A stretch of DNA of 64,000 bases from Candidatus Parcubacteria bacterium. Its GTDB lineage: Bacteria; Patescibacteriota; Saccharimonadia; Saccharimonadales; 2-12-FULL-41-12. Positions 10,282 to 19,586 of the stretch are shown here, piece by piece; the first letter of the stretch is position 1; each line of letters starts with the position of its first letter. The notes under the pieces are model-generated. The model had not been told where the DNA came from. It did no database searches and was given only the letters and a program-made list of their open reading frames with translations. The stretch is taken from NCBI GenBank assembly GCA_019347895.1, contig JAHWKM010000001.1, positions 21,924 through 85,923 on the forward strand. Direction: 5' to 3'. The position numbers and the translations under genes are program-made.

Positions 10282-12387
10282 ATGGCTAAAAATACAAACC
10301 CCGATGCTCAAAATCCCGACTATGCCGTCGAAGGTGTTGACCCTGAAATTGAGGCAAAAATTGACGCCATGATGAGTCCCGACGCACCAAAAAAACCGGC
10401 CGCCGGCAAAAAGCTAAAAATTAATGTTAAAGATTCTGCCGGCAATATAGACAACGCAAAAGCAGGAAGCGCCAGCGCGCCGCTCTTACCCAACGACAAA
10501 CTGCCTAAATTCGAAGACAATAAAAAGGCTGAGGAGACGGAGGAAACAACCGAAGCCTTCGAAGAACTGCCCGAGCAAGCGGACGAGGCTCCTCCTCAGG
10601 CGGAAGACGCAGCGGCCGGGGAAGAAATAACTATTGCCGATGAACAGCCAGCCGCACCTAACCTAAAGGATGAAATCGGCGTCGAAGACCGTGCTACACA
10701 GCAGGCGGTTGATGAAATCGTGGCCGAGGAATCAGACAGAATTTTAGCCATAGATGATGCCAAGGCCGAGCTGGCCAAGGATGGAACAGCTTTTAAGAAA
10801 AAAGGCTTGACGAATAAAATTAAGTCAAAACTAAGAGATTTTTGGGCCAACCCGCTAGCCCGCCGGTTAACTCTCGGCGGTGTTTTCTTAGCAATTATTA
10901 TTATTTTTTCCGTGCCGGCCAGCCGTTACTTTGTCTTAAACTTAGCCGGGGTTAGGGCGTCAGCTTCCATGAAAATTGTCGACGGGAAAACCGGCCAGCC
11001 GTTGAAAAATGTCGAGGTCAGCTTGTCTGGCAAAACTAATACAACTGATATCGACGGTCAGGTTAAACTGGATAAAATCAAGCTTGGCGAACAGAAAGTA
11101 ACGGCTAAAAAACCGGCCTTTGCCGAGCTTGACCGTAAAATTACCGTTGGCTGGGGGAGTAATCCAATGGGTGATTTTAGTCTAACGGCAGTCGGTAGCC
11201 GCTATGTATTTTCAGTCAAAGATTTTTTGTCAGACCGGCCGGTTGACGCGGAAGCCATCAGCGGACAATACAGCGCGCGGGCAAATGATGCAGGCGAGAT
11301 TGTTCTGGCGGTAGAGGACGAAAAACTTGAAGATATTGCCATAGAAATAGTCGCACAAAACTATCGTTCCGAAAAAATAAATCTGCCGGTTGGCAGCAAG
11401 AAAACCAATGAATTAAAGCTAGTGCCCGCACGCAAACACGTATTTGTATCCAAGCGGAGCGGCAAATACGACTTATATAAGATTGATGTCGACGGAAAAA
11501 ACGAGGAGCTGGTGCTAAAGGGGACGGGTAATGAAAACGAAGAAAACATGGTTATACTGCCTCATAAAACTAAAGGCAAGGTAGCTTTCGTATCAACACG
11601 GGGGGATAAATATAACAAGGACGGCTACGCGCTCAGCAGTTTAAATATTATTGATCTGGATACCAACGAAGCTACTAATATAGCCGAGTCCGAGCGAATA
11701 CAGCTGGTTGATTTTATTGATGACAAGCTCATTTTCGTAAAAATTAGAGCCGGCGAAAGCGCCGCCAGTCCTACTCGCCACCGACTGGCTTCTTACGATA
11801 TAGAAAGCGGCAAGGAGAAGCAGCTGGCTAGCAGCAATTACTTTAATGACGTATTAAGCGCCCGCGGAATAATCTATTACAGCCCGGCAGAGTATAAACT
11901 AAAGGGCCAGGTCGGATTTTATCAAATCAAGCCCGACGGCAGTGAAAAATACACGGTTTTTCCAGAGGAAGTATGGAATTTATTTAGAGTCAGCTACTTC
12001 AAAATCAATGCTTCTGTCAATCAAGACTGGTATGAATACGACATTGGCGGCGGGCAGTTTGATAAGCTTGAGGGAGCTCCGCCGGTTTTGAAATCACGGG
12101 TTTATGTCGACGCGCCGGACAGCCCAAACAGTATATGGGTGGATGAGCGCGACGGCAAAGGCGTATTGTTGCTATATAACACCGAAACCAACCAAGAAGA
12201 TAAGGCTCTGCAAACGCAGGGAGGGCTGCGCAATCCAATTCGCTGGCTGGATAACGACCATGTAATTTACCGGGTGTCGGACAATTCTCAAACAGCGGAT
12301 TACGTGTTGAGCATTAGCGGTGGAGAGCCTCGGAAAATCATAGACGTCACAAATATAGCCGGCCTAGACCGCTGGTACTATTATTAG
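10282..12387 (+). CDS. Membrane-anchored protein: acidic disordered N-terminus, one TM, Ig/carboxypeptidase-regulatory-like domain, TolB-like beta-propeller
   Basis: TGQPLKNVEV...TDIDG and VFVSKRSGKYDLY (PD40-like) repeats. Confidence 0.7.
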   Translation: MAKNTNPDAQNPDYAVEGVDPEIEAKIDAMMSPDAPKKPAAGKKLKINVKDSAGNIDNAKAGSASAPLLPNDKLPKFEDNKKAEETEETTEAFEELPEQADEAPPQAEDAAAGEEITIADEQPAAPNLKDEIGVEDRATQQAVDEIVAEESDRILAIDDAKAELAKDGTAFKKKGLTNKIKSKLRDFWANPLARRLTLGGVFLAIIIIFSVPASRYFVLNLAGVRASASMKIVDGKTGQPLKNVEVSLSGKTNTTDIDGQVKLDKIKLGEQKVTAKKPAFAELDRKITVGWGSNPMGDFSLTAVGSRYVFSVKDFLSDRPVDAEAISGQYSARANDAGEIVLAVEDEKLEDIAIEIVAQNYRSEKINLPVGSKKTNELKLVPARKHVFVSKRSGKYDLYKIDVDGKNEELVLKGTGNENEENMVILPHKTKGKVAFVSTRGDKYNKDGYALSSLNIIDLDTNEATNIAESERIQLVDFIDDKLIFVKIRAGESAASPTRHRLASYDIESGKEKQLASSNYFNDVLSARGIIYYSPAEYKLKGQVGFYQIKPDGSEKYTVFPEEVWNLFRVSYFKINASVNQDWYEYDIGGGQFDKLEGAPPVLKSRVYVDAPDSPNSIWVDERDGKGVLLLYNTETNQEDKALQTQGGLRNPIRWLDNDHVIYRVSDNSQTADYVLSISGGEPRKIIDVTNIAGLDRWYYY

Positions 12388-12554
12388 ACGCCTACACCAG
12401 CCAGTCTGCTTCCTGCCGGAGCCAGAAACCCCACTGGCTTCTTGGCACCAGGCACAATTTTCTTCTGCGGTATTCACTTCACCGTACCTTATGTACGGCT
12501 CGCTCCATTCCTCAAAGAGAAATTGCACCTGGCACTCAAGTGTAAGCGTCTAAT
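12383..12554. repeat. Nested palindromic intergenic element (MITE/REP-like)
   Basis: Terminal inverted repeat attagacgcctacac (12383-12397) / gtgtaagcgtctaat (12540-12554) with 1 mismatch; internal hairpins. Confidence 0.65.
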
Positions 12555-12710
12555 CGACCCTAATTTAGCTGCTCTCCCCTCAAACGGAATAAATTAATAC
12601 GAAGTAAATTCGCAATAATTTATGCTTAATTTTTTGGGGCTACGTACAGCATTCAGACTGGGGAGATCTAGGGTTGAATTGGTGAGAATGCTAAAATAAG
12701 GTTTAAGAGA

Positions 12711-13394
12711 ATGACTGGAATACATAGCTTCAGAGCAAAAACATGGCTTCGACTGATTTTACCGGCAGTGATTTACAGCCTTCTTTTTGCTCTAATTGTT
12801 ATTTTTCCTTTGTACATCTTCCATATTTCGGAGATATCGCTTAGTTTGCAAAGCGCAACCTCAGTCTCTTTGCTCGGCTTTGCATTAATTGAGTTAATTA
12901 TCCTGGCCTTAGTTGTTTATTGGCTAAAAAAAGACGGCCGCTCCCTTAAAGATTTAGGCCTTGGCAAGCCGACTACAAGAAAAGCTTTAGCTTTGGGGGT
13001 GCTAGTTGGGCTTTTGTGGGCCGGGGGCATTGTTGCTGACCTTGGTTTTAAAGCCGAACAGCTATTGACTTTAGATCAATTTAAGCTCTGGGGGATACTC
13101 ACAGGGATAGTGATAGCATTTTCAGAAGAGGTAATTTTTAGAGGATTTTTAATCACCGAATTAAAGAGACTAAAGTATAACGTTTGGATCCAGCTACTAG
13201 TTTCTTCGTTGCTGTTTGCTTTTATACATGGTCCGACAGCGCCCTTCGCCTTTGTGCTTGGCATAATATTGGGTGGACTTTATATATTCAGTCGATACAG
13301 CCTAACACCCATAATAGTCGCCCACATACTAGTCATTCTTTTGGTCGAACCATATTTAGTCATGGAAAGTGTAGCAGAATTCTATAAATTTTAA
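12711..13394 (+). CDS. CPBP (CAAX prenyl protease 2/Abi) intramembrane metalloprotease
   Basis: EEVIFRG, FAFIH and PIIVAH motifs; multiple TMs. Confidence 0.9.
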   Translation: MTGIHSFRAKTWLRLILPAVIYSLLFALIVIFPLYIFHISEISLSLQSATSVSLLGFALIELIILALVVYWLKKDGRSLKDLGLGKPTTRKALALGVLVGLLWAGGIVADLGFKAEQLLTLDQFKLWGILTGIVIAFSEEVIFRGFLITELKRLKYNVWIQLLVSSLLFAFIHGPTAPFAFVLGIILGGLYIFSRYSLTPIIVAHILVILLVEPYLVMESVAEFYKF

Positions 13395-13441
13395 CCGCGT
13401 CGCTAATAGATGCTTATGCTACAATTATTAATGCTTTGTTT

Positions 13442-14017
13442 ATGAAAAAGAAATATTTAATTTTGGTGCTGGTGCTGGTTTTTTCAAGCCTGCCAGGTTT
13501 TGTTTCTGCCCAAGATGATCAGACCAATCCAGTTCGACTGGAACGCGAAAAACGCGTCAGCGAGCGGATTAGCCGCTTCAACGTAAAATTGTCAGACCAG
13601 CAGAAAAGCTCGTATAAAGCTAGCTGCAAAGGCGCCCAAACCAAGGTGTCGGCACACCTGGAAAATGCCAAACGATTTTCACAAAAACACGATAAAAAAT
13701 TCTTTGAGATCATCGAAAAAACCAATAAACTTGCCGAGAGACTAAAAGCCAAGGGACAGGACGTAGAAGCCGTTCAAGCAGCGGTGAACAACGCAGTTGA
13801 AACAAATGAAAAGCTCAAGGCAGCTTATGGGGACTACATTTTAGCGCTAAGCGACACATCGCAAATGGACTGTCAGTTAGATCCGGAAGGTTTCAGGGCC
13901 TCCATTGACGGAGCCAAACAAAAATTTGCCGAACTGAGAAAATTCCGCCAAGAAGTCCGCAAACTGATCAAACAAGATTTAGTAGTGGCCTTGCAGTCAA
14001 TTTTAGCCGAGAACTAA
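13442..14017 (+). CDS. Secreted alpha-helical/coiled-coil hypothetical protein
   Basis: Signal peptide (MKKKYLIL...VSA), helical body with two Cys. Confidence 0.7.
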   Translation: MKKKYLILVLVLVFSSLPGFVSAQDDQTNPVRLEREKRVSERISRFNVKLSDQQKSSYKASCKGAQTKVSAHLENAKRFSQKHDKKFFEIIEKTNKLAERLKAKGQDVEAVQAAVNNAVETNEKLKAAYGDYILALSDTSQMDCQLDPEGFRASIDGAKQKFAELRKFRQEVRKLIKQDLVVALQSILAEN

Positions 14018-14018
14018 C

Positions 14019-14528
14019 ATGAAAGATGATATTAAAACTGAACCAAACAACCAACCGCCGCAGTTCAGGCAGCCGCTTTCTAGCCCGCCCAGAAATCTCG
14101 ACGGCAAAGTCCCGCCGGATTCGGTCAACCTAAATACCGTGCAGAGCCAATCTGGCAAGCCTGATCAAACCACGTTAAACCAGCAAGATAACCAAGAATT
14201 AAAACCACAAACTGATGAACAAAAACCAGATCAGCAAAATAAGCCGCCCTCGCCTGCAAAACCTAAAAAGAAACGCGGTATTTTGCCAATAGCCATTTCG
14301 ATTATTATTCTACTGGCGCTCAGCTCGCTGGCGGTTTATGCCGGCTTAATTAAAAAAGATGAATCCCAAAGAAATTTGGATAATACCGATGCATCTGCCC
14401 ACCAGCCGGCGATAAGCGACGCTGAAGACAGGCAGGCCTTGCAGCAAGTCATAGACCAAATTGATGAGCTGCCTGACGATAAAGATACTTCGGGCGACAA
14501 TTTGACTGATCAAAAACTGGGACTGTAA
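14019..14528 (+). CDS. Hypothetical single-TM protein with P/Q-rich N-terminus
   Basis: ORF abutting its neighbours in an operon-like run; one hydrophobic segment. Confidence 0.65.
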   Translation: MKDDIKTEPNNQPPQFRQPLSSPPRNLDGKVPPDSVNLNTVQSQSGKPDQTTLNQQDNQELKPQTDEQKPDQQNKPPSPAKPKKKRGILPIAISIIILLALSSLAVYAGLIKKDESQRNLDNTDASAHQPAISDAEDRQALQQVIDQIDELPDDKDTSGDNLTDQKLGL

Positions 14529-14559
14529 GTAAAGTCGCCGGTTTTGGTATATTGTTAGC

Positions 14560-15156
14560 ATGAAAGATAAAGTAGCGGTGCTTAAAATCAACGACCCGAA
14601 GCTGGTTGAATTATTCAATAGCGGCAAAGTTGTCGTCATACCAACCGACACGGTGTATGGACTCAGCGTCAAAGCTAATAATGAAAAGGCGGTTGAAGCT
14701 CTATACGGCCTTAAAAATCGCGAATCCAAACCCGGAACCGTTATAGCCGCTTCGATTGACCAGCTGGTTGAGCTCGGTATAAAACGGCGTTACATAACGG
14801 CAGTTGCAGATTACTGGCCCGGTTCAATTAGCATCGAAATACCGCACGGCTTAGGCTACCTTAGCCAAGAAACCGGACGGCAAGCCTTCCGCGTAGTATC
14901 GGATCCTACGCTGCTAAAATTGCTGCAAGGTACAGGACCTCTTCTTACTACCAGTTGCAATTTGCCGGGCCAGCCGCCGGCCAACAACATCAATGAAGCC
15001 ATGATTTATTTTGGCGATAAAGTTGCGGCTTATGTAGACGGAGGCGATTTATCAGGCAGAGAACCATCGACTTTAATCCGTATTGTTGACGATGTAGTAG
15101 AGGTTATTCGCGAGGGAGCTGTTAAAATTGATGAATCGGGGAGAATAATAAATTGA
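14560..15156 (+). CDS. tsaC: L-threonylcarbamoyladenylate synthase (TsaC/YrdC/Sua5 family)
   Basis: PTDTVYGL, KNR, TSCNLPG, PSTLI and IREGAV motifs. Confidence 0.9.
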   Translation: MKDKVAVLKINDPKLVELFNSGKVVVIPTDTVYGLSVKANNEKAVEALYGLKNRESKPGTVIAASIDQLVELGIKRRYITAVADYWPGSISIEIPHGLGYLSQETGRQAFRVVSDPTLLKLLQGTGPLLTTSCNLPGQPPANNINEAMIYFGDKVAAYVDGGDLSGREPSTLIRIVDDVVEVIREGAVKIDESGRIIN

Positions 15157-15494
15157 ACGATTTAAAATTTGATGATTATCAAAAGCAAGCTATTAAAACC
15201 GCCATTAACCAAGAGGAAGATTTTATGACCCTTATGTACAGGACGCTTGGCTTGGTGGGAGAGTCCGGTGAGGTGGCAGAGAAAATTAAGAAAATTCTGC
15301 GGGATAAAGGTGGCAATATCTCTGATTCAGACAAGCAGGAAATAATTAAGGAAATGGGCGACGTGTTGTGGTATTTGCAGGCCTTGGCTGATTGTTTAAA
15401 GGTGCCGTTTAGCCAGGTGGCGCATATAAATTTAGACAAAATCCATAGCCGCAAAAGCCGCGGCGTGACCAAAGGCTCCGGCGATAACCGCTAA
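15153..15494 (+). CDS. MazG-like nucleoside triphosphate pyrophosphohydrolase
   Basis: LGLVGESGEVAEKIKK, EMGDVLWY and GSGDNR motifs. Confidence 0.9.
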   Translation: MNDLKFDDYQKQAIKTAINQEEDFMTLMYRTLGLVGESGEVAEKIKKILRDKGGNISDSDKQEIIKEMGDVLWYLQALADCLKVPFSQVAHINLDKIHSRKSRGVTKGSGDNR

Positions 15495-15509
15495 TCTTTG
15501 CCCTTGCAA

Positions 15510-15555
15510 CAGCCAGTCTGCTTCTGGCGGAGCCAGAAACCCCACTGGCTTCTTG
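15510..15555. repeat. Second copy of a ~46-bp hairpin repeat (first copy 12398-12444)
   Basis: cagccagtctgcttc..g.cggagccagaaaccccactggcttcttg is near-identical at both sites; agccagt/actggct stem. Confidence 0.85.
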
Positions 15556-15589
15556 CGAAATTAAAAAACTATAGATAATATATAACACT

Positions 15590-15787
15590 ATGCCAAAACA
15601 TGAAGCAGATTCAAATCCAGATCAAAAACCAGAAGCCAGGCATCCCATAGATAGAGATAATCCTATTCCAGCTGTTCTTCCAATGGTCATTGAGCAAGCA
15701 GGACGAATAAAGCCAGGAAACGCCGAGCATATAGTTGAGGGTGCAGCTATGCTTGCAAGGGTTGTAAGTCTTGGCCCTAAGGAATAG
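15590..15787 (+). CDS. Small hypothetical protein
   Basis: 65-aa ORF filling the gap, AT-rich upstream region. Confidence 0.5.
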   Translation: MPKHEADSNPDQKPEARHPIDRDNPIPAVLPMVIEQAGRIKPGNAEHIVEGAAMLARVVSLGPKE

Positions 15788-15815
15788 TTTTAGATATTTA
15801 CTGGCTTGCTACAAC

Positions 15816-17114
15816 TTACTGCTTACTGCTGCGAACGAAGTTCGCTCGGATCCACTCATCCAGGCTGCTGCCGCCGCCGCCGGATAAGCAAACTACTAAG
15901 TCGCCATTTTCTAAGTGTTTTTTGATATTTTGTTTTAGCTGCTGGTTAAGCTCAGCGGGCTGGGCAATTTCCGCGTTCGACATGTAGCTAATCAGCTCTT
16001 TGGCCTTGAGAATTTTTTGGCTGGGATCTTCGCGGGCTAGATAGCTCGGTACCCAATAAAGCTGTTTGACTCCTTTGAACAAGTCCTTATATTCTTCCTT
16101 TATAAAATGCTGGCGGCGGTTTGTCAGCGGTTCGTAGACCACAACCACACTATCCGAGTATTCCCCGGCCGTTTGCAGGCAGCCGGCTATCTTGGCCGGT
16201 GTGTGGGCGTAATCGCTGTACAAGTTGGCCGTAATCCGTTCAAAGCGGCGTGACACGCCGGGGAATTTTTTCATCATTTCAATTAGGTTTTCAATGGGTT
16301 CGCCGGTTAGTTTATGGGCGGCAGCGATTACCAAAAAGCCGTTTTTTCGGTTTACTTCGCCTCCAATGCTTAACGCGTTAAGCATTTTGTCGTCATCATC
16401 CAAAACCATGTATTTTTCATCGGTGTTTTCAATACCCAGTTTCTCTAAGTCGCCCAGCCAGAGCACCTTATCAGTTGATTGGGCTAAGAAATCCCTGAAG
16501 GCCTGGAGATAGCTTTGTTTGGTAGGAAAAACTTCATGATGATCATAGTCAACGCCGGAAATAATACTCAAATGAGGATGGAAAGCCAAAAAATTGCGGT
16601 CAAATTCGTCGCATTCGTAGATAAAATATTTAGAATCAGCTTCAAAATAACCCATCTCGCCAAATGATATTTTGGCGCCTACAGAGTAGCTTGGCCTCAT
16701 ACCGAGCCGCTTGAATAACCAGATCGCCATGGCCGTAGTGGTTGTTTTGCCGTGCGTTCCGGCAACGGCCACAAGTTTTTTATTGGACTGGCCAATAATT
16801 TTATTTAAAAATTCGTCGCGCTTGGTGGCTTTTATATTATTTTCCCGGGCAAAAACTAATTCCGGATGGTTTGGATTTTCAATTTTCACAGCCGACGAAT
16901 AAACTATCCAGTCGATCGGTTTTTTGCTATGGACACCCGCGATCTGTTTGCCGGTTTGACCGATTTGTATATCATCTATGCCATTTTTCTTAAGATATTC
17001 AATATATTCGGAGTTTTGCTTGTCTGAACCGGATACAGCGTAGCCTGCTTGGCGAGCCAGCATCGCTAGCGGTCCGATAGCGGTTCCGCCAATGCCGGAG
17101 AAATATATATGCAT
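15816..17114 (-). CDS. murC: Mur ligase, UDP-N-acetylmuramate--L-alanine ligase-like
   Basis: GIGGTAI, VSGSD, AGTHGKTTT, ECDEFD, GVSRRFE and DYAHTP motifs. Confidence 0.85.
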   Translation of the reverse strand: MHIYFSGIGGTAIGPLAMLARQAGYAVSGSDKQNSEYIEYLKKNGIDDIQIGQTGKQIAGVHSKKPIDWIVYSSAVKIENPNHPELVFARENNIKATKRDEFLNKIIGQSNKKLVAVAGTHGKTTTTAMAIWLFKRLGMRPSYSVGAKISFGEMGYFEADSKYFIYECDEFDRNFLAFHPHLSIISGVDYDHHEVFPTKQSYLQAFRDFLAQSTDKVLWLGDLEKLGIENTDEKYMVLDDDDKMLNALSIGGEVNRKNGFLVIAAAHKLTGEPIENLIEMMKKFPGVSRRFERITANLYSDYAHTPAKIAGCLQTAGEYSDSVVVVYEPLTNRRQHFIKEEYKDLFKGVKQLYWVPSYLAREDPSQKILKAKELISYMSNAEIAQPAELNQQLKQNIKKHLENGDLVVCLSGGGGSSLDEWIRANFVRSSKQ

Positions 17115-17120
17115 AATATT

Positions 17121-17148
17121 AGAGTAAAGAGTAAAGGTTAAAGAGTAA
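17121..17148 (+). repeat. Heptamer tandem repeat (AGAGTAA x4, degenerate)
   Basis: agagtaa agagtaa aggttaa agagtaa; an opposite-polarity degenerate heptamer run lies near 17246-17277. Confidence 0.7.
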
Positions 17149-17283
17149 AGTTAATAATCTAAAAAAAGAAACTCCTAATAAATTATGTGACCCACGTGAA
17201 AGTTAAAAAATTTTTTATGGCTAAAAGTGCTTAACTTACGACTGAAACTTTTAGCTTTTATCTTTTGGCTTTAAACTAGTGTT

Positions 17284-17886
17284 ATGAACAAGCGCAAACT
17301 CCATCACCAATATAAAAAGGTCAGGGTGATTAAACCGTGGTATTTTTTAGCTGCCAGCCTGATTTTTCTAGCGGTTGGGGTATATGGCCTCAGGCAAAAC
17401 AACTTTGAAGCGCTTAAGCTAAGGGACGAAGTAATAAAAGCCGATGAGCAAAATGGCGATATAGAGGGCGCGCTCAGAGACCTTCGCCAGCATACTTACT
17501 CGCATATGAATGCCGAGCTCTCCAGCGGGCCTACTACCATCAAGCAGCCCATACAGCTTAAGAACCGCTATGAGAAGCTGGTGGCTGCCGACGCTAAGAA
17601 GGTTAAGGCCAAGAATGTACAAGTTCAAAAAACTGCTGAAAATATCTGCGGCCAGAGGTATCCGGCGGCGGGGTTCAATAGTTCCAGGGTGGCCTGCGTG
17701 GTCGACTATGTCGGGAAGAACGCAGCCACGGAAAGCAACATTCCCCCGGAATTATATAAATTCGATTTTGTCAGTCCGGCTTGGACGGCTGATAAAACCG
17801 GGCTGAGCCTTCTAGCGGCAGGCTTTTTATTTATGGTTTTTATATTGCGTCTGGCTGTTGGCTGGTGGTATAAATACGAACTGTAG
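17284..17886 (+). CDS. Hypothetical two-TM protein
   Basis: N- and C-terminal TMs flanking a soluble domain. Confidence 0.7.
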   Translation: MNKRKLHHQYKKVRVIKPWYFLAASLIFLAVGVYGLRQNNFEALKLRDEVIKADEQNGDIEGALRDLRQHTYSHMNAELSSGPTTIKQPIQLKNRYEKLVAADAKKVKAKNVQVQKTAENICGQRYPAAGFNSSRVACVVDYVGKNAATESNIPPELYKFDFVSPAWTADKTGLSLLAAGFLFMVFILRLAVGWWYKYEL

Positions 17887-17896
17887 ATTGGGCTGA

Positions 17897-18622
17897 TTAG
17901 CGTTCGTTTGGTTCGGTGTTTGCCGGTGGATTGTCGGTTGTGTTATCGGGCGAGTTTTCATTTGGAGCAGCCGAACCCGAATCTTCAGTTGAGGATGGCT
18001 TTGATGATTCAGGGTTTGGATTGTTCTGCTGATTTTGCTGCTCACAATCCTGGCCGTTTGGATTTGCCTTTTTATACTCCGCGACAGCTTTAGCTACTTG
18101 CCCGTCATCTTTTAGATTTTCCCAAAATGTAATTTGAGACCTGTTAATAACCATACTATCTTGCGGACCGTGCAGCTCGCAACCTAGCTTTACCAGCGAA
18201 ACATCATTTTGCGAAGCTTGTGGTTCTTTTTGATCTGGCTGGACTTGTTGGTTAACCCTAAGATAGTAGATGTCCGACACGCTTAGAAAGTCTCTGTTTA
18301 ACTCGTTAATGTGGCCGAAGTAGACCTGCCCGTTATTTAAAAATACGGCTTGATATTTTGAAGGATCAACAAATCTTTCTTCCCGCGAGTCATTTTTGAA
18401 AAACACCAGCGATAGAAGTACCCCGACAAGGACAACCGTAACTGAAAAAAGCAGAAATACGTAGGTTACCTTTAAGATTCCGCCGGTTCTAAAGCGGCTT
18501 ATTCTGCCGCCCTTTTTTGTGTTGCCTGGGCCCGGATGCGACTGTTGCGGCGCCGAGGCCGGTTCATTATGATTCGTATTGACCTGCTGACTAGGCCGGA
18601 AGCTTCTATTGTTTAGGTCCAT
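17897..18622 (-). CDS. Conserved CPR-type membrane-anchored hypothetical protein
   Basis: YQAVFLNNGQVYFG...LVKLGCELHGP...FWENLKDDG motif block. Confidence 0.8.
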   Translation of the reverse strand: MDLNNRSFRPSQQVNTNHNEPASAPQQSHPGPGNTKKGGRISRFRTGGILKVTYVFLLFSVTVVLVGVLLSLVFFKNDSREERFVDPSKYQAVFLNNGQVYFGHINELNRDFLSVSDIYYLRVNQQVQPDQKEPQASQNDVSLVKLGCELHGPQDSMVINRSQITFWENLKDDGQVAKAVAEYKKANPNGQDCEQQNQQNNPNPESSKPSSTEDSGSAAPNENSPDNTTDNPPANTEPNER

Positions 18623-18914
18623 TTAAATTTTCCACCTCTGTTTTATTAATCTTTATACCATGTAGTTTAATGCATAAGCGTCTTTGTTTGCAAGGTTATT
18701 ATCAAAAACTTGTACAACAACTAAGTTGTAAAATGTACTTTTAAGGTGTTTTGGTTGATTCTATGGTGAGATTTTTATAACCTTTAACTTCGGTGATTGT
18801 CTATATCATCTAGTATGAAGGCCGGTAAAAGTCATCTTCCGGGGTTGACAACTAAAATCCCAAAGGAGTATCGTAAGGGTACCATTTAATCTAACAGAGG
18901 GAGAATATAGCAAA

Positions 18915-19112
18915 ATGGGATATAGCCATACTAATAGCAAGGGTGTGAAATACTACCTAAACTCAAAAGACGTTGTACTTCGCGGTGGAAAGAAGCAGAC
19001 TATCTACTACTTCTCAAAAGACGACCGTCCAGAGACATCTACTGATCTGCCAAGCGGCATGAGCGTCAACGAAAATCCACGCAACGGCTTCCTTACCGTT
19101 AAGCGCGGCTAA
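18915..19112 (+). CDS. Small conserved hypothetical protein
   Basis: Own promoter (TTGACA 18845), AGAGGGAG SD and downstream terminator. Confidence 0.8.
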   Translation: MGYSHTNSKGVKYYLNSKDVVLRGGKKQTIYYFSKDDRPETSTDLPSGMSVNENPRNGFLTVKRG

Positions 19113-19130
19113 TTTAGCTATAAGTTAGAT

Positions 19131-19162
19131 AAAACCGGCCGGGTTCGTCCCGAGCCGGTTTT
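19131..19162 (+). terminator. Rho-independent terminator
   Basis: aaaaccggc cggg ttcg t cccg a gccggtttt hairpin followed by a T tract. Confidence 0.8.
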
Positions 19163-19181
19163 AATTTGCTAAAATATAGAT

Positions 19182-19574
19182 ATGCAAGATTCAATTTTTA
19201 CCAAGATTATCAAAGGCGAGATACCTTGCCATAAGGTATATGAAGACCATAAAACTTTTGCGTTTTTAGATATTCACCCGAAACAACAAGGACACACTCT
19301 TGTTATTCCTAAAAAACAGGTAGAATTCGTCTGGGATCTCGATGAAGAGGATTACCATGCGGTTATGTCGACAGTTAAAAAGGTAGCTCTTAGGATCAGG
19401 AAGGCTATAGGCAGTAAATATGTTGGCGAGCTAATCGTTGGCGAAGAAGTACCTCATGCTCACGTCCACGTCTATCCGTTTAATACACTAGAGGAATCAC
19501 GCGATATTCCTGATCCGAATATTGAGCCAGACCACGAAGCATTAGCTGAGATGGCTAAGCTATTGGCTTTTTAG
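19182..19574 (+). CDS. HIT family nucleotide hydrolase
   Basis: IFTKIIKGEIP, GHTLVIPK and HAHVH motifs. Confidence 0.93.
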   Translation: MQDSIFTKIIKGEIPCHKVYEDHKTFAFLDIHPKQQGHTLVIPKKQVEFVWDLDEEDYHAVMSTVKKVALRIRKAIGSKYVGELIVGEEVPHAHVHVYPFNTLEESRDIPDPNIEPDHEALAEMAKLLAF

Positions 19575-19586
19575 CTAATAATCCAG

